Source of the DNA: an uncultured Gammaproteobacteria bacterium | GTDB lineage: Bacteria; Patescibacteriota; Patescibacteriia; Buchananbacterales; UBA6539 | Length of the DNA: 64,000 nt | Direction of reading: 5' to 3' | NCBI GenBank assembly: GCA_964540635.1 | Contig: CAZINP010000002.1 | Location: 99,346-163,345 of the forward strand | Part shown: in pieces, positions 9,964-19,497 of the stretch | How the letters are laid out: every line of letters starts with the position of its first letter | Numbering within the stretch: position 1 is the stretch's first letter | Translations under genes and position numbers: made by a program | Notes under the pieces: generated by a model | What the model saw: only the letters and a program-made list of their open reading frames with translations | What the model was told of the DNA's origin: nothing | Databases searched by the model: none

Positions 9964-10521
9964 ATGAAAAGACGTTGTTTTATCGCTATAAATCTACCTA
10001 AAAACGTTAAATGGGAAATTGAAGCCTTAATCTCAGAACTGGCTGCTTTAAACCAAAAAAGTCAAATAAACTTTACAAAAACCGAGAATCTACATATTAC
10101 AATACAATTTCTCGGCGAGCTTGAAGAACGCCAAATTATTGAGGTAAAAAATATTCTAGACCAAATAGCCAAAGAGTTTAGGTCGACAGAAATTTTAATT
10201 GGAGCAATAGCCGCTTTTCCCAATCAGAAGAATCCAAATATTATTTATTTAGAAATTACAGAATCACAAGACCGCATGTTAACAAAATTGCATAAAAGAA
10301 TAGAAGATCGGCTTGGACAACTATTAAAAAATGACGAGCAAAAAAATTGGACGGCTCACTTAACGATTTGCCGAATAAAAAATCAAGAAAAATTTAAAAC
10401 CGACGGCATAAAAACTTATGATTTATCCGCACCAATACACAGTTTCGATTTAATGGAAAGTAGTTTGGGTGGCAATGGTGCAGAATACGAAACAATTTCA
10501 TCATTTAATTTAAAGAAATAA
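9964..10521 (+). CDS. thpR: RNA 2',3'-cyclic phosphodiesterase (2H/LigT family)
   Basis: Two H-x-T-x motifs (LHITIQFLGE and HLTICRIK) about 90 aa apart. Confidence 0.75.
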   Translation: MKRRCFIAINLPKNVKWEIEALISELAALNQKSQINFTKTENLHITIQFLGELEERQIIEVKNILDQIAKEFRSTEILIGAIAAFPNQKNPNIIYLEITESQDRMLTKLHKRIEDRLGQLLKNDEQKNWTAHLTICRIKNQEKFKTDGIKTYDLSAPIHSFDLMESSLGGNGAEYETISSFNLKK

Positions 10522-10663
10522 AATATGCGCGATCATTCAAGCCGTGCTTACAATAAAAAGAAGGTTACAAGATTTAGGACAAAATCAACCTTTAAGGCGG
10601 ATAACCCGCAGAAAATCCAACGCTTTAAGTATAGCGAGGTTCTTTTAAGACCAAAGAAAAAAA

Positions 10664-11425
10664 ATGATTACTCATATGCAAGATAAGCTAGAAATTCTTA
10701 ATATTAAAATAGATAATCTTTCGCCGCAAGAAATCCTTAGGAAATGTGATGATTTTTTGTTGTCGGGAAATCAGCATTATATTACCACCGTTAACCCAGA
10801 ATTCATTGTTGCGGCTAAAACTGACGAGGAATTTAAAAAAATCCTTAATTTTTCCGACCTAGCCGTTGCTGACGGAGTTGGTTTAGTTTATGCTGCTAAA
10901 CTTTTTGGGGAAAAGTTAAAAAGAAATACCGGGGTTGATTTAATGATTAACCTTTGCGAATTTGCCGAACAAAAAAATTGTTCGGTTTATTTTTTAGGTG
11001 GAGAAGAGACAATTGCAGCGCAAGCAGCTGAATTATTAAAAAACAATTTTCCAAAATTAATTATTAGCGGGGCGGAAAGTGGCGGTGAAATAATAAATCC
11101 CAAAGATGATGACGAGGAACTCTTAACAAGGATTAACGACAATAAGCCGGATATAATCTTTGTTGCCCTCGGCCAAATAAAGCAAGAAAAATGGATTTAC
11201 TATCACTTAGATAAAATGCCTTCGGTAAAAATTGCCGTCGGGGTAGGGGGGTCATTTGACTATATTTCCGGTCAAATAAGTCGCGCGCCGCTATTTATGC
11301 GCAAAGCCGGCCTGGAATGGTTATACAGACTAATCCTTCAGCCAAGCAGAATTCGACGCATTATCAATGCAACCGTAATATTTCCTTGGCTTATCCTTAA
11401 AGATTACTTCAAACCAAGGTCTTGA
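10664..11425 (+). CDS. WecB/TagA/CpsF family glycosyltransferase
   Basis: ITTVNPEFIV...LAVADGVGLVYAAK...YFLGGEE typical of the TagA/WecG family. Confidence 0.75.
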   Translation: MITHMQDKLEILNIKIDNLSPQEILRKCDDFLLSGNQHYITTVNPEFIVAAKTDEEFKKILNFSDLAVADGVGLVYAAKLFGEKLKRNTGVDLMINLCEFAEQKNCSVYFLGGEETIAAQAAELLKNNFPKLIISGAESGGEIINPKDDDEELLTRINDNKPDIIFVALGQIKQEKWIYYHLDKMPSVKIAVGVGGSFDYISGQISRAPLFMRKAGLEWLYRLILQPSRIRRIINATVIFPWLILKDYFKPRS

Positions 11426-11473
11426 TTTATTTTAATTTTTAATCTAAAATAATATCCTAATTGGAAAATTAAT

Positions 11474-12913
11474 ATGAGTGATTCAGAGCAAAAAATTATA
11501 ACGCGTTTTTCCCCGAGCCCAACGGGTTTTTTACATATTGGCAGCCTCAGAACGTCCCTTTATGAATACCTTTTTGCTAAACACAACAATGGTTTGTTTT
11601 ACCTCAGGATTGAAGACACCGACCAAAAAAGAAAGACCGAAGGGGCGGTAGAAAATTTAATAAAAATTTTAAAATACTTTGACTTGAATTGGGATAATGA
11701 AAAAATAATGGTTCAATCGGAAAGGATTGAGTTGTACAAAAAATTTGCACAACAATTGGTTGACGAAGGAAAGGCTTATTATTGCTTCTGCACCGAACAA
11801 AGACTTGAAGACCTGAAAAAAATTCAAGCGCAAAAAAAATTACCTCCGATGTACGACGGTAAATGCCGCGAGATTGACTTGAACGAAGCAAAAAAAAGAG
11901 TTGAGGCAGGAGAACCATACGTTATTAGATTTAAAATGCCAAAAACCAGCTCAACCGAATTCAACGATCTGATCAGGGGAAAAGTAATCTTTGATAATAA
12001 AATTTTAGACGATCAAATTATTCTTAAATCAGACGGATTTCCAACATACCACCTGGCTGCTGTTGTTGATGATCACGAAATGAAAATCACCCACGTTATT
12101 AGAGGAGAAGAATGGCTACCGTCAACGCCAAAGCATATTTTACTTTACCAAGCTTTTGGTTGGCAGGCACCGGAATTTGCTCATTTACCCTTAAACCTAA
12201 ACCCGGACAAATCAAAACTCTCCAAAAGACAAGGGGATGTTGCTGTTGAAGATTTTTTAAAGAAAGGTTTCCTTAAAGAGGCGTTACTAAATTTTGTCTT
12301 GCTTTTAGGCTGGAATCCCGGAACTGATCAAGAAATATTTTCTTTTGAAGAAATGATCAAACAATTTACTTTAGAAAAAGTGAGCAAATCGGCTTCAATT
12401 TTTGACACCAAAAAACTTGAATGGTTAAACGGCGAATATATCAGACTGAAAACGCCGGAAGAATTTGCCGAGCTTTGCTGGCCATTCTTTGAAGAAAAAA
12501 AAGGAAATATTAATAAAGAATACTTCAAAAAAGCCGTTTTAACTGAACAAAAAAGAATAAAAACATTAAGTGAAATAGTTGAAGCAACCGAATTTTTCTT
12601 TGAAGAACCAAAATATGATCCGCAGCTTTTGATTTGGAAGAAAAATAACGAAAAGGAAACGGCAAAAAACCTTGAAACTTTAAAACTTAGACTTGAAAAA
12701 ATAGCTTCGGAAAAATGGTTAGAACAAATTTTAGAAAATGAAATAAAAGATTTCATTGAAGCAAGCAAGAAGGGGACGGGGGACTTGCTTTGGCCAATGC
12801 GTGTCGCTTTGTCGGGAAGAAAGGCCAGCCCGGGACCATTTGAAATTGCGGCGGTTTTAGGCAAAGAAGCCACCCTTGCCAGAATCGAAAGGGCCATAAA
12901 AAGTCTTAAATAA
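11474..12913 (+). CDS. gltX: Glutamate--tRNA ligase
   Basis: Class I HIGH (SPTGFLHIGS) and KLSKR motifs. Confidence 0.9.
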   Translation: MSDSEQKIITRFSPSPTGFLHIGSLRTSLYEYLFAKHNNGLFYLRIEDTDQKRKTEGAVENLIKILKYFDLNWDNEKIMVQSERIELYKKFAQQLVDEGKAYYCFCTEQRLEDLKKIQAQKKLPPMYDGKCREIDLNEAKKRVEAGEPYVIRFKMPKTSSTEFNDLIRGKVIFDNKILDDQIILKSDGFPTYHLAAVVDDHEMKITHVIRGEEWLPSTPKHILLYQAFGWQAPEFAHLPLNLNPDKSKLSKRQGDVAVEDFLKKGFLKEALLNFVLLLGWNPGTDQEIFSFEEMIKQFTLEKVSKSASIFDTKKLEWLNGEYIRLKTPEEFAELCWPFFEEKKGNINKEYFKKAVLTEQKRIKTLSEIVEATEFFFEEPKYDPQLLIWKKNNEKETAKNLETLKLRLEKIASEKWLEQILENEIKDFIEASKKGTGDLLWPMRVALSGRKASPGPFEIAAVLGKEATLARIERAIKSLK

Positions 12914-12923
12914 ATTCAAAATA

Positions 12924-12958
12924 AAATCCCCCCAGATAAACAAAGGGGTTTTATTTTT
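12924..12958 (+). terminator. Intrinsic terminator after gltX
   Basis: aaaatCCCCCC agataaacaaa GGGGtttt atttttg. Confidence 0.6.
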
Positions 12959-12985
12959 GATTTTAAGGCTTGTTTGTGCTATAAT
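12957..12985 (+). promoter_or_regulatory. Promoter TTGATT-17-TG-c-TATAAT, ATG 6 nt after the -10 (leaderless M23 gene)
   Basis: ttgatt ttaaggcttgtttgtgc tataat attaaa ATG. Confidence 0.6.
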
Positions 12986-12991
12986 ATTAAA

Positions 12992-14248
12992 ATGAAAACA
13001 GAAAAAACAAAAATAAAAAGCATTTTTTGTCTAATGGCAATGATTAGCTTTATTTTAGCTAATTTTTTTATTTTAAATCCTGCTAATTTAAACGCGGCAA
13101 CAAGCGATGAGGTTAATCAATTAAACTCTAAAATTACCGAGAAGAAGAATTCAATTGACACTCTTCAAAAAGAAATTGACGCTTACAAAGAAAATATAAA
13201 ACAAATCCAGGGCGAAGCAAAAACCTTAAAAAATCAAATCGCCATACTCGAAAATCAGGTTGCTAAATTAAATCTTGATATCCAGGCAACGCAAGAAAGA
13301 ATTGATGAAACAAACCTGGAAATTCAAGCTTTAAACATAGAGATTAAAGACACGGAAAAGCAGATCAGCGATCGCAAAGAAAAATTAGGTGAGTATATTA
13401 AAATTCTTAATAAGCAAGACCAAGTAAGTTATCTTGAAATCCTGCTTTTAAACGAAAATTTTTCTGACTTTTTTGATCAAATGCGTACAATTCAGGATAT
13501 TCACTCAAATATATCAGATGGGCTTGAAAAATTAAAAACCGCCAAAGATCAGCTTGACCAACAAAAATCAGACCAGCAAGAAAAAATAAAATCGGAAGAA
13601 TTGCTAAAAGATGAACTTTCAAAACAGAAGGATGAAATTATTGAAAAAAATAACGCCCAGGAAGTATTACTGGTTCAGGCAAAACTAAGCGAGAAACAAT
13701 ATCAAAAAAATCTATACCAATTGCAAGTCGAGCAGCAACAGATAAACGCCGATATCGCTTCAATGGAAAAATCTGTTAGAAAAAAATTGGAAGAATTGCA
13801 GAAGCAAGAAAAAATGCAAACCCTCGGACCGACAGTATTAGATTGGCCGGTCAGTCCAAGCAGGGGAATATCAGCCCTTTTTCACGACCCAGACTATCCT
13901 TTTCGATACATTTATGAACACCCCGGCATTGACATAAGGGCCGGACAAGGTACGCCAATTAAAGCCCCGGCAGATGGCTATATCGGCCGTGTTAAATTTG
14001 CCGGCGATAAATCATACGCTTATTTGATGATTTTACATAACGACGGACTATCTACGGTTTTTGGACACATTTCTGCGGTTTATGTCAAAGAAGATACATT
14101 TGTAAAAAAAGGCGATGTAGTTGCCTTAAGTGGCGGCCGACCAGGATCAATTGGAGCCGGAAGCATGACGACCGGTCCTCACTTGCATTTCGAAGTTAGA
14201 TTAAATGGCATTCCCGTAAACCCACTTGAATATTTGCCAAACTATTAA
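12992..14248 (+). CDS. M23 family metallopeptidase with long N-terminal coiled coil (EnvC-like). True start is the ATG at 12992
   Basis: Signal/TM then heptad-rich region; C-terminal HPGIDI...GHI...HLHFEV LytM motifs. Confidence 0.8.
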   Translation: MKTEKTKIKSIFCLMAMISFILANFFILNPANLNAATSDEVNQLNSKITEKKNSIDTLQKEIDAYKENIKQIQGEAKTLKNQIAILENQVAKLNLDIQATQERIDETNLEIQALNIEIKDTEKQISDRKEKLGEYIKILNKQDQVSYLEILLLNENFSDFFDQMRTIQDIHSNISDGLEKLKTAKDQLDQQKSDQQEKIKSEELLKDELSKQKDEIIEKNNAQEVLLVQAKLSEKQYQKNLYQLQVEQQQINADIASMEKSVRKKLEELQKQEKMQTLGPTVLDWPVSPSRGISALFHDPDYPFRYIYEHPGIDIRAGQGTPIKAPADGYIGRVKFAGDKSYAYLMILHNDGLSTVFGHISAVYVKEDTFVKKGDVVALSGGRPGSIGAGSMTTGPHLHFEVRLNGIPVNPLEYLPNY

Positions 14249-14254
14249 TTTGCT

Positions 14255-14656
14255 ATGAAAATTGATTTTGCAAAAATTACTTTTATCTTTATTTGGTTTG
14301 CAGTTGCGGCAACTTTTATCTTTTACGTCATTTACCGCGAACTTTTCTTGTCGGTCGGACAATTTATTTTAACAATCACCCCATCTATCATTTTTTTTCT
14401 TGGCATGATATTGTTTTATACTCGAGACAGAAAAAGAGTGGTTAGATCGAAAGAAAAAACCGAATTTCATTTTACCCGAGAAATGAATTGGCAAATGGCG
14501 ACAAAACACGATTTTCTTACATACTTAATTCCACTTTTAATTCTCTTGATCCCTTATTTATTTGGCGAACACACAACCTTAAACGAAATAATTGCCGCCA
14601 TTATTACATATTTAGCATTAATTTATTTAAAATTTCTCTACTGGCGAGAAATCTAA
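14255..14656 (+). CDS. Hypothetical membrane protein
   Basis: 133 aa, 3 hydrophobic helices. Confidence 0.4.
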   Translation: MKIDFAKITFIFIWFAVAATFIFYVIYRELFLSVGQFILTITPSIIFFLGMILFYTRDRKRVVRSKEKTEFHFTREMNWQMATKHDFLTYLIPLLILLIPYLFGEHTTLNEIIAAIITYLALIYLKFLYWREI

Positions 14657-14665
14657 AACAAAAAT

Positions 14666-15328
14666 ATGACCACAAAACCAACCCTAAAATCAGAAGCGGT
14701 TTCCGTTCTTTTGCTAATTTTCAGCTTTACGGCTGCCGTTTATTTTTTTCTAAATTTTCCAGCTATTGTGCCGACTCACTGGAATTGGGCCGGCCAAGCC
14801 GATGGTTTTTCCTCTAAAGGATTTGCCGCCTTCTTTTTTCCTATTTTAATTGGAATAATCTATGCTTTTTTTCTTATCATTCCCGAACTTGATCCAATGA
14901 AAAAAAGATATGAAGAGTTTTTGGGAGTATATCATGAGTTCAAAACTTTGCTTGTTGGCTTTTTGGTTTTAGTCTATCTTTATTCCGGACTTGCCGGGCT
15001 AGGTTATCAAATTCCATTTAATATCGTTATTCCTTGTTTGATGGGAATTTTATTCATTTTAATCGGTTTGATGCTAAATAAGATTAAACCAAATTGGTTT
15101 TTTGGCATCAGAACTCCATGGACAATATCCAGTGAGAAGGTGTGGAAAAAAACACACACCTTGGGTTCAAAAATTTTTATTTTAATGGGCGTGATTGTTA
15201 TCTTGGGGACCGCCTTACCAATCTATATATTTTGGCCATTATTTTTCATAACTATCATTATCGGCAGCCTAATTCCGATTATCTATTCATTTCTTGAATT
15301 CAAGAAACTACCAAAAAGGACAAAATAA
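14666..15328 (+). CDS. SdpI/YhfL (DUF1648) family membrane protein
   Basis: N-terminal PTHWNWAGQADGF motif followed by multiple TM helices. Confidence 0.55.
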   Translation: MTTKPTLKSEAVSVLLLIFSFTAAVYFFLNFPAIVPTHWNWAGQADGFSSKGFAAFFFPILIGIIYAFFLIIPELDPMKKRYEEFLGVYHEFKTLLVGFLVLVYLYSGLAGLGYQIPFNIVIPCLMGILFILIGLMLNKIKPNWFFGIRTPWTISSEKVWKKTHTLGSKIFILMGVIVILGTALPIYIFWPLFFITIIIGSLIPIIYSFLEFKKLPKRTK

Positions 15329-15344
15329 TCTCTAAAAAGGATAA

Positions 15345-15376
15345 GGGCCCAAACTCGCGTTGGGCCCATTTTTTTA
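15345..15376 (+). terminator. Intrinsic terminator
   Basis: GGGCCCA aactcgcgt TGGGCCC atttttttag. Confidence 0.7.
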
Positions 15377-15379
15377 GGT

Positions 15380-15637
15380 CTAAAGGTTGACAGAAGCGCT
15401 GTCCACGGCGGCAATTAAGACGCCTAAGACCTTAGTGGTCAAGACAATGACGCTATCTGCAACTTCTGGCAGGAAAAGCTTCAAAACGATAACGATTACC
15501 GCAAAGCCAAATCCTTGAGACAATGCTTTCCACATATTATTGTGGTTAGTATTTAACGAGGACTTGGTTTGACCGGATGACCACTCCGGCCAAGAAAGCT
15601 CTGCCTTCAGCCCTCCGGCCATTTTGCCAATATTCAA
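15380..15637 (-). CDS. Hypothetical small membrane protein in the GC-rich island. Likely starts at the internal ATG (MAGGLKAEL); the tracked start is TTG
   Basis: About 55% GC versus about 33% in the surroundings; two hydrophobic segments. Confidence 0.35.
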   Translation of the reverse strand: MNIGKMAGGLKAELSWPEWSSGQTKSSLNTNHNNMWKALSQGFGFAVIVIVLKLFLPEVADSVIVLTTKVLGVLIAAVDSASVNL

Positions 15638-15719
15638 GCAAAACAGCCGGGGAGCCGAATCACTTTGCCAGCCTTACAATATATCATTTAATATAATTTG
15701 AGTCAATAAAAAAGACCGG

Positions 15720-16043
15720 TCAAGTGGTCTGATCCGGTCCTTCGGTGATCATTTCGACCTGAACGGCGTCTAAGCCGGTCGAAAATCTAACCGTGAAATA
15801 GCATTCTGAATCCTCAGGGCTCAAACCCCTTGGGTCAAGAAACGGTCGACCCCGAAAAACGAGGCCATCATTTTCGGCGCCAACATACACGCCGGAATTA
15901 AAGTGCAAGTCTCTGGCGGGAAAAACCGCCGAGCCACCAATCGGAGTGGCGGTTGCCAGTATCGGCTGCAAAAACCGATAATTTTCTCCCTCAATCAGAG
16001 GGGGGTCATAAAGCTCGGGTTCAGCCATTATCTGGCCCTCCAT
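15720..16043 (-). CDS. Hypothetical 107-aa protein in the GC-rich island
   Basis: Compositionally foreign (about 55% GC), complex non-repetitive sequence, no recognised family. Confidence 0.4.
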   Translation of the reverse strand: MEGQIMAEPELYDPPLIEGENYRFLQPILATATPIGGSAVFPARDLHFNSGVYVGAENDGLVFRGRPFLDPRGLSPEDSECYFTVRFSTGLDAVQVEMITEGPDQTT

Positions 16044-16111
16044 ATCGGTTGAAGACGATTTTTTATTCTAAATAATTCTGATTAAAAAGTCAAGTAGCAA
16101 ACTAATCGGCG

Positions 16112-17413
16112 AATATTTTGCGACACTTAATTTTACTATAAATCCTTTAGGGGATGAAACTTACGGTGAGTATCTTCGGCATACCTATCTGATGCGTGGA
16201 CATACCTGGTTGTTGTATCAAGAGATTCGTGGCCCAAAAGAATTTGCAAAGCGGCCGGATTTGCGCCTTCCTCGGCCAAATAGGTCGCAAACCCATGACG
16301 AAGAGAGTGAGCCGAAATCGGTACATTTATTTTAAGTTTCTCCCGATAATGTTTTATTCTTTCTTGAAGATAATTTGGCGAAATTCTTTTTTTCAGACCG
16401 CTTTTGTCATTTGAATTTCTTCCTCTATAAGGAATAAATAAGGCGGAAAGATTATCATTTCTAGATTGTAGGTACAAATTCAAATACTTATAAGCTCTTG
16501 GTGTTAAATAAACAAAACGCTCTTTTTTACCTTTACCGCGAATAAATATTCTACCCGTACCATCAATTTGTTGCCTGGAGAGATTAATAAGCTCAGAAAT
16601 ACGCATGCCGGTTGAAAAAAGCATTTCCAGCATAGCTCTGTTTCTTGCAGCAACAATTAAATTGTTTTCCAAATACGAGGGCGATTCAATTAAATTAATT
16701 AATTCGTTTAATTCAGCCACTCGACCGTGTTTTCGTTCCGTTTTGACCAATTTAACCGCCTCAGAAGCAACCGGAGAGCCATAATCCATTTCAATCAAAT
16801 ATTTAATAAAAGACCTTAAAGACGATAAATGTCTATTAATTGAATAACTTTGAAGCTTTTTTTGGGACTGATCATTTTCAGCGGTTTTTCGATCAATTGA
16901 GTTAAGATAAGCCTTATAGAGATTAACAACTCGCTTATCAACCTTGGAAAAGGGGATTTTAGACTGATTTAAAAAATCCTCAAAAACTTTTAAGTCTCTT
17001 TCGTAATTATAAACCGTTTCATCGGAATAATTATTTGTTTGTAGATTGAGCAAAAAATCATCAATGTGCGGTAGAGTAGTAGACATAGGCTTTTTTAGTG
17101 ATTTAAACTGAGTGTAAGGGATATTATACTCAGTTTATCATATTTGATAATAAAGCGCAAATAAAGCTTATCCACACCCATAATACCTCTATGGGTTAAA
17201 AATACATTTAATGATTAAAATGATAAATTGTATCTGGATTCTAATAAATATAAATAAAATTTAAAAAATATTTTTAAAAACTTAAATATATTAAAAAAAA
17301 TCCCTTTTATGGATTAAATGAATTACAAGATAATAAATAGTAATCTTAGTCTTTTCCCGCCTCAACTCCACTCACCCGCCTTACAGCACACAAAGATAAA
17401 TATTTTGCGACAC
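16112..17413. mobile_element. Integrase cassette bracketed by an exact 15-bp direct repeat AATATTTTGCGACAC (16112..16126 and 17399..17413), next to the GC-rich cargo at 15380..16043
   Basis: Both repeat copies lie immediately 3' of minus-strand stop codons (integrase, and ftsQ-like); AT-rich 327-bp spacer upstream of int. Confidence 0.45.
16136..17086 (-). CDS. Tyrosine-type site-specific recombinase/integrase (XerC/XerD family)
   Basis: C-terminal catalytic region ...AHSLRHGFATYL...LLGHESLDTTTRYVH with R, H-x-x-R and Y. Confidence 0.85.
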   Translation of the reverse strand: MSTTLPHIDDFLLNLQTNNYSDETVYNYERDLKVFEDFLNQSKIPFSKVDKRVVNLYKAYLNSIDRKTAENDQSQKKLQSYSINRHLSSLRSFIKYLIEMDYGSPVASEAVKLVKTERKHGRVAELNELINLIESPSYLENNLIVAARNRAMLEMLFSTGMRISELINLSRQQIDGTGRIFIRGKGKKERFVYLTPRAYKYLNLYLQSRNDNLSALFIPYRGRNSNDKSGLKKRISPNYLQERIKHYREKLKINVPISAHSLRHGFATYLAEEGANPAALQILLGHESLDTTTRYVHASDRYAEDTHRKFHPLKDL

Positions 17414-17416
17414 ATG

Positions 17417-18301
17417 CTATTGATAGTATATTTTATCGCCGAAACGCAAATCAATATATTCTAGATTGCTCCTATCCTTTACTTTATCCTTTAAAACTAA
17501 AAATAAAAGTTTTATTTGAGATAAATATGAATCGTTGACATTAAACCTTATCTCCCAGCCTTGATTTGTAATAGCAATCAAATCAGTGCCTTTGAGTTCC
17601 GGAAGTTGGTATTCTTTAATTTTGAAGTCGGCTTCGTCTTTTATGGCCTGATCTATATTCAAAAGAAACGCCACATAATCTTTGCTTAATATTTGACTTC
17701 CTATTTCAGCCACATCGTTATTTTTATCATAAATTATCGGCAAATTAGCTGCCTGACTGACTGGACGAACTATCTCAAGATCACCATCCTGTTCCTTTCT
17801 GTCACTTTTGCCGGGGCCATATTCGTTAATTATATTCCCATTATCATCAATAAAATATTTTTTCTGATTGGTTGAATAAATAAGTTTGATTGGCTTTTCT
17901 GAAACCATTATTTTGATTTCGTGCCAAAAAATTTTATCTATTTGCAAACTGTTTAAATAGTACTTCTCCGAGATAGTCTTTTCTAACTGGCCTTTACTAA
18001 AAAACAAAATATTACTTTGTGGAAATATAATAAATTTGTTTTTTTCCGACTGCAAAGACGCCATTTCCCTTATTTCAGATTCCGAGATAAAATTATTTCC
18101 CAATATTGAAATATTTTTTATCTTAAAATAGTCAAGCCTGGAAATTATCGCCAATATAAAAACTGTCGCCAAAACCAACAAAATAATAATTCTTCTTACC
18201 TTCTGAGATCCGGATTTTTTCTTTTTCGGTGAATAGTAAGGATTTTTATACTTCTTTTTTTGATAATCCTGCCTTAATGCCATAAGCTTTATTTGTACCA
18301 A
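17417..18301 (-). CDS. ftsQ: Cell division protein FtsQ/DivIB-like (POTRA)
   Basis: N-terminal basic tail, single TM, then POTRA-like region; downstream of ddl as in ddl-ftsQ clusters. Confidence 0.55.
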   Translation of the reverse strand: MVQIKLMALRQDYQKKKYKNPYYSPKKKKSGSQKVRRIIILLVLATVFILAIISRLDYFKIKNISILGNNFISESEIREMASLQSEKNKFIIFPQSNILFFSKGQLEKTISEKYYLNSLQIDKIFWHEIKIMVSEKPIKLIYSTNQKKYFIDDNGNIINEYGPGKSDRKEQDGDLEIVRPVSQAANLPIIYDKNNDVAEIGSQILSKDYVAFLLNIDQAIKDEADFKIKEYQLPELKGTDLIAITNQGWEIRFNVNDSYLSQIKLLFLVLKDKVKDRSNLEYIDLRFGDKIYYQ

Positions 18302-19437
18302 TCTTTCTTTGGTTGATATGAGGTTAAAAGATTATTTTTCTGCTTGTGTCGCTCAAGCGCCAAATCAATCAATTTTTCAAGTAATTCCGAATAACTTAAA
18401 CGGCTGGCTTCCCACAATTTTGGATACATTGAAATTGAGGTAAACCCGGGCAAAGTATTAACTTCATTGAGATAAATATCTTTATTGTCAATTGAAAGCA
18501 AAAAATCAACGCGCGATAAACCAGAAAGATTTAAAACTTGAAATGCTTTAATAGCATAATCTTGTATCTTCTGAATTACATCCTCCGAAAGTAAGGCCGG
18601 AATTATTGCCTCTGAATTACCATCAATATACTTGGCGTCATAATCGTAAAATTCATTTGACGGCATTATTTGTCCGGGCATAGATGCAATTGGTTGATCG
18701 TTGCCCAAAACAGCAATTTCAATCTCTTTGGGATTATCTATCCCCTGTTCAACCAAAATTTTTCTATCATATCTGCTTGCTTCCATTATCCCATTATAAA
18801 GTTCTTTTTGATCATGACACTTTTCAATTCCAACGCTTGAGCCGGAGTTTGCGGGCTTGGTAAACATCGGATAAGTCAAACGTTTTTCTAAGCGCTCAAT
18901 AATTTTTTCTGAATCAGCCTGAAACTCACTTATTAAAAACCAGTCATAATCAACAACCGGTATAGAGGCTTGAGCTAATAATTGCTTTTGGACAACCTTA
19001 TCCATTCCAATTGCCGAACCCAACACGCCGGAACCGACGTAGGGCAAATTTGCCATCTCTAACAAACCCTGCAAACAACCATCTTCTCCGGTTGTGCCGT
19101 GCAAAACGGGAAAGATAACATCTATTTGATTTGAATTACCAAGGCCCTCAACTGGCCTTAAACTATCCTCACTCAAATTAGTAATTCTTTTTTCCGTTGG
19201 ATCGGGCAATAAGACTGACTTAAATGGCAGCTTTAATGAACCCTCTTTTAAAAATTTTATTGCCTGATCCCCGGCAATCCATTTTCCTTCTTTGGTAATA
19301 CCGATTGGTATTACCTCAAACTTTTCCGGGTTTAAGGCGGCAATAACCGATTGAGCTGAAACTATTGAAACTTCATGCTCCCCTGACCTACCGCCAAAAA
19401 TAATTCCTACTTTAATTTTTTTGCTTATTTTAGCCAT
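18289..19437 (-). CDS. ddl: D-alanine--D-alanine ligase
   Basis: IKVGIIFGGRSGEHEVS N-terminus, ATP-grasp fold. Confidence 0.9.
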   Translation of the reverse strand: MAKISKKIKVGIIFGGRSGEHEVSIVSAQSVIAALNPEKFEVIPIGITKEGKWIAGDQAIKFLKEGSLKLPFKSVLLPDPTEKRITNLSEDSLRPVEGLGNSNQIDVIFPVLHGTTGEDGCLQGLLEMANLPYVGSGVLGSAIGMDKVVQKQLLAQASIPVVDYDWFLISEFQADSEKIIERLEKRLTYPMFTKPANSGSSVGIEKCHDQKELYNGIMEASRYDRKILVEQGIDNPKEIEIAVLGNDQPIASMPGQIMPSNEFYDYDAKYIDGNSEAIIPALLSEDVIQKIQDYAIKAFQVLNLSGLSRVDFLLSIDNKDIYLNEVNTLPGFTSISMYPKLWEASRLSYSELLEKLIDLALERHKQKNNLLTSYQPKKDWYK

Positions 19438-19462
19438 AATTATTTAATTCTTACTAAAACTA

Positions 19463-19491
19463 TTGACTTTATCTATTTTTTATATTATATT
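19463..19491 (+). promoter_or_regulatory. Promoter TTGACT-17-TATATT driving the GC-rich RNA
   Basis: ttgact ttatctattttttatat tatatt. Confidence 0.45.
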
Positions 19492-19497
19492 TTAATG

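Noticed and set aside
11604-12897. Minus-strand ORFs (104 aa and 189 aa) inside gltX
   Set aside because: They are antisense to a high-confidence aaRS gene and are typical shadow frames. The same applies to 21104..22098 in serS, 57631..58295 in hydB/hydG, 44464..44836 in gpmI, 47560..48390 in pgk and 35719..35941 in holB.
15380-16043. Possibility that the GC-rich block is an RNA gene (tmRNA or RNase P) rather than two CDSs
   Set aside because: No conserved RNase P or tmRNA motifs are present. Both ORFs are long, non-repetitive and co-oriented with the integrase, so protein coding is more likely, though their function is unknown.
16112-17413. Integron-like interpretation of the integrase and repeat arrangement
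   Set aside because: The foreign cargo lies downstream of the int 3' end rather than upstream at an attI, and no attC-like imperfect palindromes were seen. A simple integrative element or remnant is the simpler reading.
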